Part shown: in pieces, positions 1 through 7,482 of the stretch
Numbering within the stretch: the first letter of the stretch is position 1
Layout of the letters: each line of letters opens with the position of its first letter
Assembly (NCBI GenBank): GCA_964644695.1
Contig: CAZXWN010000003.1
Coordinates: 186,001 to 250,000, forward strand
DNA length: 64,000 nucleotides
Reading direction: 5' to 3'
Source of the DNA: an uncultured bacterium
GTDB lineage: Bacteria > UBP4 > UBA4092
Position numbers and translations under genes: made by a program
The notes under the pieces: model-generated
Told to the model about the DNA's origin: nothing
What the model saw: only the letters and a program-made list of their open reading frames with translations
Database searches by the model: none

Positions 1-1
1 G

Positions 2-763
2 TTGGGTGTGCCGGGTTCTGCGTTGGCGACCTGTTTATCCTACCTGTCCGGAGTAATGTATCTGGCCTTCAAGCTCAATAGGCTGCATCATCGGGAAGGG
101 ACCTCTCTCAAAAATCCCAAACAGGGGCCCTGGAGACAGTTCCTCCGGATGGGGTCTGAAGTCGGATTTTATACGGGGACTTTGAATATTGCCATGTGTC
201 TGTTTATCGGATTTATAAAGCAGTTAGGTCCGGATTCACTGGCAGCACATCAAGTCAGTTTTCAGATATTCCTGTTGACCTATCTCCCGGCAACGGGATT
301 CCTGGTGTCGGCAACGATTCTCATTCCGGCACTGGAAACGACAGGTAAGCCTGAACTGGTCAGACAGGGTATATGGCAAATCCTTAAACTCAGTGTATTA
401 GTGGGTTTTGTTATTTCTCTGGTGTTGGAATCAACGGCGCCCCTGATAGCACGGTTCTTCCTTCCGGGAAATCCGGATGCGGTTCAGCTGGCCCTTCAGG
501 CTCTCCGCATTGTGGGAATGACTCCCCTCTTTTCCTCAATCTATATGGTACTCCGAGGGGCTTTGACCGGACTGCGAGATACCAGATATATTGCTCTGGA
601 AGGTTTGGCGAGTAGTTACCTGGTTTTTATTCCCTTAACATTTCTGTTTACGGTTGTTTTGAAATGGGGACTCACGGGAGGATATCTGGCGTTTATGAGT
701 TGGATCCTGGCTGATTTTATCCTGTTGGGGTCAAGGACCTGGTGGAGGGTTTACAAAAAGTAA
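2..763 (+). CDS. MATE family efflux transporter, C-terminal part (5' truncated by window)
   Basis: Multiple TM segments; MATE-like motifs GVPGSALAT, LGPDSLAAHQV and LRGALTGLRDTR. Confidence 0.85.
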   Translation: MGVPGSALATCLSYLSGVMYLAFKLNRLHHREGTSLKNPKQGPWRQFLRMGSEVGFYTGTLNIAMCLFIGFIKQLGPDSLAAHQVSFQIFLLTYLPATGFLVSATILIPALETTGKPELVRQGIWQILKLSVLVGFVISLVLESTAPLIARFFLPGNPDAVQLALQALRIVGMTPLFSSIYMVLRGALTGLRDTRYIALEGLASSYLVFIPLTFLFTVVLKWGLTGGYLAFMSWILADFILLGSRTWWRVYKK

Positions 764-770
764 TCCCCTT

Positions 771-808
771 ATTATCCCCCCTCATATCTTTTTGTGAGGG
801 GGGATAAT
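771..808. terminator. 14-bp stem-loop after the MATE gene
   Basis: ATTATCCCCCCTCA / TGAGGGGGGATAAT inverted repeat; no clear U-tract. Confidence 0.5.
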
Positions 809-1257
809 CACGAATGGGAAACTTTATTGTTAATGAGTGGTCGCGGTGGATAAAGTTGTTGCCGTGGACTGAGTTTTGACCATCAGTTTGTTGGTATCCT
901 ATATGACAAAACCTCAAACCTAATAAAGAAAATGTTTATTAAAACAGCTTCCTCCTGAAACAGTATTTTCTCTCTGTACCTATTATACTCAACCTTTCTT
1001 GATACTCAAGCGATACCGAGTTTTCATATTTTTAGAATAAATGGATATTTTTATAATATATTATATGAATAATTAAAAAAGCTATAAATGAAAGCGTATT
1101 AATATAATGTATTATATAGGAAAATATATTATATATTAATGCAAATATTTGTGAAAAATTTTACATTATATGAATGATATGATAGGGTTATATGTAAAGT
1201 AAATAAGCATTTTGTTATGAAGTTAATTAAAGGCAAAACGAAATTAAGGAGTATGCT

Positions 1258-1617
1258 ATGAAGATGACTGATTTTGAGTGGTCAAAACCATCAAGCGGTG
1301 GAGAGTTTGTTACTATTGCAAAATATGGGATTTCCTTCAACAAAAAGGCAATTGAAACTCTTGGTACACCAAACTATGTGATGATTGGCTATAACAGAGA
1401 GAAGAAGGTTATTGGAATTGCGCCTGTAGATGAAAAAAGCGGTTTGAACGATGTTTATGCTTTTAAGGAAAAACTAAAACATTCCTATATAAGGATAGGA
1501 AATACTGAGTTTATTGCGAATGTAGTGGCTGATTCAGGTATTGATATTGAAAAGCCAAAAAGGTTTAATGCTGAATGGTTAGAAGACGAAAAATTAATGA
1601 TTGTGAAACTGAAATAA
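1258..1617 (+). CDS. hypothetical protein (119 aa) in an AT-rich islet
   Basis: Open frame with TAAGGAG SD upstream; visibly more AT-rich than the flanks. Confidence 0.8.
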   Translation: MKMTDFEWSKPSSGGEFVTIAKYGISFNKKAIETLGTPNYVMIGYNREKKVIGIAPVDEKSGLNDVYAFKEKLKHSYIRIGNTEFIANVVADSGIDIEKPKRFNAEWLEDEKLMIVKLK

Positions 1618-1738
1618 CAAGAGCCCATGTGTTCGAGCACATGGACTCTTTAAAAGGCATTGATTGGTGTATAGACAGAAGAGTTGTGGATAATCTTTTT
1701 TCTAAAATCAATACCTTTCTACGAAAGGAGAAAAAAAC

Positions 1739-1870
1739 ATGAAGAATTATCACTATATTTTTACAAAAAGTATTACTTGTAAAAATGGTCGTGTAATTTA
1801 TGCTCATCAATACGGGCTAAAAGCGTTTTACATAAAAGTAAAACGACGCAAAGACCTAGTTTTGACCTAG
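1739..1870 (+). CDS. small basic protein (43 aa), below the ORF-track cutoff
   Basis: AAGGAG SD; translates MKNYHYIFTKSITCKNGRVIYAHQYGLKAFYIKVKRRKDLVLT; followed by a terminator hairpin. Confidence 0.7.
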   Translation: MKNYHYIFTKSITCKNGRVIYAHQYGLKAFYIKVKRRKDLVLT

Positions 1871-1885
1871 TAATCCAATTAACTG

Positions 1886-1922
1886 AAGATAAAGAGGCTC
1901 CACACCTCTTTATCTTTATTTT
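1886..1922 (+). terminator. intrinsic terminator
   Basis: AAGATAAAGAGG / CCTCTTTATCTT stem followed by a T-rich tract. Confidence 0.65.
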
Positions 1923-2087
1923 ATACCAAATTATCAAACATGACCTGATTTATGTCAATAGGATAATACCCTCCAAAATAAATTTTGTTTAATTATTACC
2001 CCCCTAAATCACCTCTACTTTAGTTACAACTTTCATTCGTGTATCGAACGATGTGGACACCTCCCAGTAACGAGGCAGAAACGAAGG

Positions 2088-2120
2088 GGGTACGGAATAT
2101 CTCCGAGCAGGTCCGTGGAT
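2088..2120. repeat. 33-bp REP-like palindrome, copy 1
   Basis: GGGTACGGA-N15-TCCGTGGAT; related copies at 19969, 28999, 45304 and 58507. Confidence 0.75.
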
Positions 2121-2278
2121 GAGTCCTTACCTCTAAGGATAAAAATCAAACGAAAATCAGATAAATCAGACGGGAGGGGCAGGGGTGATTTTTATGTGAA
2201 TTTTTTGACAGGTAACGCCGGGACAGGTAATATGGAAAAGTTAATTTTCATTAAACAGGAAAGCTGTCAGATACTCAC

Positions 2279-3022
2279 ATGTTATCCATATTGATTCCGG
2301 CACATAATGAAGAAGGCTGTATCGAATCCACGGTTCAATCCCTGGTGGACCGGTTGGCCTCTGAAAATATCGATTATGAGATTCTGGTTGTGAATGATTC
2401 TTCCACGGACAAGACGGAAGACTGTCTGAAGAAACTTACACAACAATACCCCGCCCAATTCCGATATGTGAATAATCCTCCTCCTAATGGTTTTGGAAGA
2501 GCCATCCGTTATGGGTTGGAACAATTCAAGGGGGATGTGGTCGCGGTGTATATGGCGGATGCTTCGGATTCTCCCGATGACCTGGTTCGGTTCTATCGGA
2601 AATATGAGGAAGGATATGACTGTGTCTTTGGCACTCGGTGGAGTAACGGCGGCCAGACCTATGATTATCCTCTCCTGAAACGGGTCATTAACCGGATGGC
2701 AAACTATTTCATCCGAATCATCATGCAGTTAAAATATGATGACCTGACCAATGCTTTCAAGATGTACAGCCGGGAGACCCTGCAGGGTATCCAACCTGTC
2801 CTGAGTAAACATTTCAACATCACCGTGGAGTTACCTCTGAAGGCCATTATCCGCGGATACAGTTATGCCGTTCTCCCCAACAGTTGGCACAATCGGAAAC
2901 AGGGCGAGTCCAAACTCAAAATCAAAGAAATGGGTTCCCGGTATATGTTCATTCTCCTGTATTGTTTCCTGGAGAAGTGGCTCTCCCGTGGTGACTATCA
3001 CCGCAAAACCGGCCCCCGGTAA
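2279..3022 (+). CDS. glycosyltransferase family 2 (DPM/polyprenol-phosphate glycosyltransferase-like)
   Basis: LSILIPAHNEE, VVNDSSTDKT, GFGRA and MADAS (DxD-like) motifs. Confidence 0.9.
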   Translation: MLSILIPAHNEEGCIESTVQSLVDRLASENIDYEILVVNDSSTDKTEDCLKKLTQQYPAQFRYVNNPPPNGFGRAIRYGLEQFKGDVVAVYMADASDSPDDLVRFYRKYEEGYDCVFGTRWSNGGQTYDYPLLKRVINRMANYFIRIIMQLKYDDLTNAFKMYSRETLQGIQPVLSKHFNITVELPLKAIIRGYSYAVLPNSWHNRKQGESKLKIKEMGSRYMFILLYCFLEKWLSRGDYHRKTGPR

Positions 3023-3034
3023 TCGGCATATAAA

Positions 3035-3067
3035 AAAAGGAGACGCTCATGTCGAGCGTCTCCTTTT
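3035..3067. terminator. bidirectional intrinsic terminator between convergent genes
   Basis: AAAAGGAGACGCTC / GAGCGTCTCCTTTT. Confidence 0.85.
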
Positions 3068-3071
3068 CATT

Positions 3072-4529
3072 TTATAATTCCCAGCGTTGATTTGTGACCG
3101 CTGATAAAAACCGTTCATCGTGACTCACTACAATTAAAGCACAGGGACTTTCCTTCAGTGCGGCTTCCAGCAATTCCACAGTCGGTAAATCCAGATGATT
3201 AGTGGGTTCATCCAGAATAATTAACCAGGGTTGCCGGGATATTCCCAAAGCCAACAGCAGTTTCCGAACCTCTCCCGGACTGGGTGTCTCCGAAACCAGT
3301 AACCGATCCGGTCGAGACCCCAGGCAGCTGACGATGGTCATCACCCGGCCCCGGTCTGTTTCTGACAATGTTCGGATAGATTCCAGGATTTCTGAAGACT
3401 CCGCTGCGGTTATTTCCTGCGGAAGATAGACGACCCTCTCCAATGGGATGGAAAGGTGTTCCAGGATGTATCGTAATAGAGTTGTTTTCCCGGCTCCATT
3501 GGGTCCTGTAATGGCCACCCGGTCCGTAGGTGTGAGTATCCTTTCCGGGACCTCCAGATACAGATTCTCTCCCATCGGGATTCTCCCCGGTGGAATAATG
3601 GACAGCCTGTCACCCGGATATTGTTCCGTTTCCATCCAGAAGTGAGACTTGTATTCCTTTTTAACGCGGGCCTTTTCCAGTGTATCCAGAGCCTGATTCA
3701 TTCTGCTTTTTATCTGATTTGAGAGTTGCCCGGCCTTTGCGTCTCGTCCTGTCAATCGGGCTCCATCGATCCTTGCCCTGCCGTCACTGTCATGTCGGTC
3801 CAGGTTCTTTTTTGAAAACCCCTTGGCATACTTTCGGGATTTTGCCTCCCGCTTTTTGAATTCTTTTTCCAACCGTTCCACTTCCAGTTTTGCCCGGGTC
3901 CGGGTGGTTTCCATTTCGGATAACCGGGCCTGATAGGTCGCTGCTGCCTCTGTATATCCTCCGGGTATCAACACGACATCCGGCGGATCGACCACTACCA
4001 TCCTCTGACACAATTCATCCAGTAAATCCCGGTCATGGCTCACTATTAATCCGATACCCCGGAACTCATGTAAGGCTTGAATGATTTGGTTTCGCGCCTT
4101 CCTGTCCAGATGGTTGGTAGGTTCATCAATCGCCAACACTTCCGGATTTGACCAGAGTGCCACAGCGATTTGTGCCCGTTTGCGTTCCCCATGACTCAGA
4201 GTATCCCATCGGTCGGGCCAGTCGGGTTTCAAACCCAAAAGTCCCCGCCAGTGCCAGGCTTCCCCATCCGCCGCCATCATAAACTCTCTGAACTGTTCCG
4301 GAGGGTCATCCGTCCTCTGGGGACAATACACGGAACTCCCGGCTCCAATCAAAGTCCCAGACAAAGGCGTCAGGTGTCCTGTCGCCAGGCAGAGCAGGGT
4401 GGTTTTCCCTGTGCCGTTGGCCCCCATCACTCCGGTCCATCCTGTCATGAAAGACACTCGTACAGGATTCCATAAGGGACCCGGTGAGGATTCATATTGA
4501 AATGTGATATTTTCTAAACTTAAAGTCAT
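3072..4529 (-). CDS. ABC-F family ATP-binding protein (two ATPase domains, no TM segments)
   Basis: Walker A GANGTGKTT and GPNGAGKTT; signatures LSHGE and PSPGE; two DEPTNHLD and VSHD motifs; helical linker. Start placed at MTLSLE. Confidence 0.9.
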   Translation of the reverse strand: MTLSLENITFQYESSPGPLWNPVRVSFMTGWTGVMGANGTGKTTLLCLATGHLTPLSGTLIGAGSSVYCPQRTDDPPEQFREFMMAADGEAWHWRGLLGLKPDWPDRWDTLSHGERKRAQIAVALWSNPEVLAIDEPTNHLDRKARNQIIQALHEFRGIGLIVSHDRDLLDELCQRMVVVDPPDVVLIPGGYTEAAATYQARLSEMETTRTRAKLEVERLEKEFKKREAKSRKYAKGFSKKNLDRHDSDGRARIDGARLTGRDAKAGQLSNQIKSRMNQALDTLEKARVKKEYKSHFWMETEQYPGDRLSIIPPGRIPMGENLYLEVPERILTPTDRVAITGPNGAGKTTLLRYILEHLSIPLERVVYLPQEITAAESSEILESIRTLSETDRGRVMTIVSCLGSRPDRLLVSETPSPGEVRKLLLALGISRQPWLIILDEPTNHLDLPTVELLEAALKESPCALIVVSHDERFLSAVTNQRWEL

Positions 4530-4792
4530 CCAGATATTCTTCTCCATAATTGAAAACATGATGATGGATGAGTCGTTTCTAATGGAGATAATCTATCCGA
4601 TTATATGACGGGTGGGTAGGATTTTAGACAAAATAAAACCACCGGCATCCCGGAAGATATCGCGAAACGAACTCACCATGGCCAGGTATTTATTCCATAC
4701 CTGATTCCCTCTGATTCACTTTGGAATCAGAATCATTACTTTAGTGATGTTCGATTCGTTACTTCCTCACGCCCGTGGTATCCTTATTTTTT
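4530..4792 (-). promoter_or_regulatory. structured 5' leader / putative ribosome-dependent attenuator with ATG-GAA-TAA mini-ORF (4698-4690)
   Basis: Long nested stems, two internal hairpins, SD-like GAGGGA before the mini-ORF, and a CTCC anti-SD able to pair with the GGAG before the CDS. Confidence 0.55.
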
Positions 4793-4835
4793 CTTGAATT
4801 GTTTTTATAGTGATTAAATCTTAAAAGCTATTATA

Positions 4836-5489
4836 TCATTTTGTTTTCGGGGTTGATTCGCCCAGGCCTGACATCAGAATATCCACTGAGCTGAAATAGA
4901 TATCCTTCGGCTTGAATCCCATCTCCTCATCAAGTAAGTGGTCTTTGATTTGCAGGTTGTTTAATAAAGACCACATCATCTTAAATAATATCAATGAGGT
5001 TTTAATGGGGTCCTTTACCTTGTTCACCGACCCGTCTTCCTGCGCCAGAATCAGAGCATCCAGGACCCATTGGAAGATTTCCCTTTCCATCTGATGGCAT
5101 ACAGCCTCATTCGGACTGGGTTGAGACAGGAATTGGCCAATCGTGTCTTGATATCGGAAGGTGTTGAAGTAGTCAGGGTATTCCAGGCTGAAGTCATAAC
5201 CGGCTTTCCCCAGAGCACGGATTCTTTCAGCTCCAAGCTTTTTTTTAGAGGCAACATCCTGGAACTTTTTTATCAATAATTTGTATCCGCGCCCAATGAC
5301 CGCAAAATACAAATCTTCCTTGCTCTTGAAATAAAGATAAAGGGTCCCTTTGGCTAATTGGGATGCTTCGGCTATCTGGTCAAGGGTACTTTTGACATAA
5401 CCATGTTTAAAAAATATTTCTTCAGCTGCCTGGATGATCTCTTCCCGCCGCAGTTCCTTTTCCCTCTGCCGCCGCTCTGCCGTTCCCAT
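4836..5489 (-). CDS. TetR/AcrR family transcriptional regulator
   Basis: N-terminal HTH TLDQIAEASQLAKGTLYLYFKSKEDL. Confidence 0.93.
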   Translation of the reverse strand: MGTAERRQREKELRREEIIQAAEEIFFKHGYVKSTLDQIAEASQLAKGTLYLYFKSKEDLYFAVIGRGYKLLIKKFQDVASKKKLGAERIRALGKAGYDFSLEYPDYFNTFRYQDTIGQFLSQPSPNEAVCHQMEREIFQWVLDALILAQEDGSVNKVKDPIKTSLILFKMMWSLLNNLQIKDHLLDEEMGFKPKDIYFSSVDILMSGLGESTPKTK

Positions 5490-5545
5490 GGATCCTCTTC
5501 CTCCTGCCTTTTTCTTCCTTTTCTGAACAGAGTCAGTACATTATC

Positions 5546-5577
5546 TGACCAAAAGTCATTCTTGTGACCTTAAGTCA
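5546..5577. promoter_or_regulatory. two TGAC-N5-GTCA palindromes, probable TetR autoregulatory operators
   Basis: TGACCAAAAGTCA (5546-5558) and TGACCTTAAGTCA (5565-5577) upstream of the TetR start. Confidence 0.55.
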
Positions 5578-5619
5578 TCATATCAAATTGAAGGCGATGT
5601 GAAAAGATTGAAGGTTTTA

Positions 5620-6390
5620 TCAGGAGCGAGTTTGACGGTAATAGTGTTCGTAGTACCGGGAAACCGCATGGCTGTATGAATGGGGATTCCCGATATCCAG
5701 CCGCTCTTCAGAGATGATGCAGGCTTCTACCGGTTCCTTTTGACATAAGGTCCGGACTCCATCCGTTAATTGGATTTCTCCTTTTTTGTCTGGAGCCACC
5801 TTTGCCAGTTCATCAAATAAGGAGGGATTAAACAAGGCTCTGGCAACGAAACCCAGATTGGATGGAGCGTCTTCCACCCGTGGCTTCTCCACCATTCCCC
5901 GGAGTATCTTCCGGCCATCGGGAGATTCTGTAACATCCATGATTCCCCGGCGGGGAATATCATCGGGAGGGACAGGTTGAACGGCTAACAGGGATTCACC
6001 GTATCGCTCATATTGTTGGGCCAGAATTTGTGTGGGATTTGTTTCGAGAAAAACCGAATCTCCAAAAAGGACGCAGAAAGGTTCATTCCCCACCCATTCC
6101 CGGCCGCAGTATATGGCATGGCCCAGTCCTTTGGGTTTCGGTTGAACAATAAACTCAAGGACACCGGTCCAGGGACCTTTCAGTTTTGAAAAATAATCGC
6201 GAATCAGATTAGAATCGGGGCTGACAATAACGGCTACCTTCTCCATTCCCGCCTGAAGAGCTTCCTCTATGACAAGTTGGAGTACCGGAGTGTTTATTAA
6301 TGGGAGTAGAACTTTAGGGATGATTTCTGTGGCAGGACGAAGTCGAGTCCCCATCCCGGCGGCAGTGATTAATGCTTTTCGGACTTTCAT
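5620..6390 (-). CDS. galU: UTP--glucose-1-phosphate uridylyltransferase-like sugar-phosphate nucleotidyltransferase
   Basis: KALITAAGMGTRLRPAT..IPK, GLGHA, VEKP, GEIQLTD and DIGN motifs. Confidence 0.8.
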   Translation of the reverse strand: MKVRKALITAAGMGTRLRPATEIIPKVLLPLINTPVLQLVIEEALQAGMEKVAVIVSPDSNLIRDYFSKLKGPWTGVLEFIVQPKPKGLGHAIYCGREWVGNEPFCVLFGDSVFLETNPTQILAQQYERYGESLLAVQPVPPDDIPRRGIMDVTESPDGRKILRGMVEKPRVEDAPSNLGFVARALFNPSLFDELAKVAPDKKGEIQLTDGVRTLCQKEPVEACIISEERLDIGNPHSYSHAVSRYYEHYYRQTRS

Positions 6391-7391
6391 TGCACAGCTT
6401 CCTTTACCGTGAGGGGAAATACCTGGTACCCATGCTGTCGGAGAGCTTCCAGCACTCTACCCAATTGGTCTTTGGCACAGGTGCCGACAATAGCGCCTCC
6501 TGAACCTGCAAACTTCGCATGTGCTCCGGCCTGGCGGGCTCGCTCCACCATCGCCGAATGTCTTGGGTTTAGATGGACCAGCCGTTGCCGGATGTTGAAG
6601 TTCTCATCCATCAAGAGTCCCAGTTGCTGTCCATTGCCGGATTTTATTAAGTCTCTGGCTTCCCGGGCCAGTCCATCCAGCTCCTTGAGACCCTGTAACA
6701 CCACAGGGTCTCCTTCCAGGAATCGTTCCCGTAAGTTGGAATGAAATACTTCAGTCCCTTCCCCGGAAGATCCATCAATGGCCACAAACAAAGTCGGAAG
6801 GGTTTTGGTGTCCAGTGATTCCACTTTTAAATCGCTGTTTTTACCTTGTTCCAGAAAAACTAATCCCTCGAATACTTGGGCCACCCGGTCTTGTGGTCCG
6901 GCTGGGATACCCAGATTTTCCTTTTCTGTTTTCCAGACAATATCGACCTGGTCCAGTTTGGAAACGGAATATTGAGAATAGTCTAAAATAGCGCGCAGAG
7001 ATGCGGTAAGAAGGGCACTCGAACCTGCCAGGCCCACTCGATTGGGGATGGTGCTGTGCCAGGTCAAGGTGAAATTGGGACATTTGAAAGGCCGGCCATT
7101 GGCGCGTCCATATTGAATCAATCGCTCTAAAAGCGCGATCATGAGACGCCGCCCGCCATAATAACCCCGGTCTTGAATGTGTTGGTGGAAATCATGCAGG
7201 CTTTCCCAGTCCGAGACCTCAATGCCCGGCTCAATAAATCGTAATCGATCAGATGGCGATAAAGTCGCCTCCGCCCATAAATCAGACAGGGTCAGGGCGA
7301 CAGCCGCACCGCCAAAAGCATCGCCAGGATTCCCCATCAATCCGACACGGGAATAAGCCCGTCGTATAATCAAATCATTTGATGATGTCAT
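6387..7391 (-). CDS. GHMP kinase, glucuronokinase family
   Basis: AYSRVGLMGNPGD, GYYGGRRL, IPxxxGLAGSSA, AGPQDRVAQVFEG and AKFAGSGGA recall plant glucuronokinase; ATGA overlap with the galU-like gene. Confidence 0.8.
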   Translation of the reverse strand: MTSSNDLIIRRAYSRVGLMGNPGDAFGGAAVALTLSDLWAEATLSPSDRLRFIEPGIEVSDWESLHDFHQHIQDRGYYGGRRLMIALLERLIQYGRANGRPFKCPNFTLTWHSTIPNRVGLAGSSALLTASLRAILDYSQYSVSKLDQVDIVWKTEKENLGIPAGPQDRVAQVFEGLVFLEQGKNSDLKVESLDTKTLPTLFVAIDGSSGEGTEVFHSNLRERFLEGDPVVLQGLKELDGLAREARDLIKSGNGQQLGLLMDENFNIRQRLVHLNPRHSAMVERARQAGAHAKFAGSGGAIVGTCAKDQLGRVLEALRQHGYQVFPLTVKEAVQ

Positions 7392-7431
7392 TTCTTCTAC
7401 TCTCGAAAAATATCTTTCCATCATACCAAAT

Positions 7432-7463
7432 AAAAAAGCAGGCAAGTGGACTTGCCTGCTTTT
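7432..7463 (-). terminator. intrinsic terminator after aspS
   Basis: AAAAGCAGGCAAGT / ACTTGCCTGCTTTT with flanking A/T tracts. Confidence 0.8.
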
Positions 7464-7482
7464 ATTTTTACTTTTTTATGAG

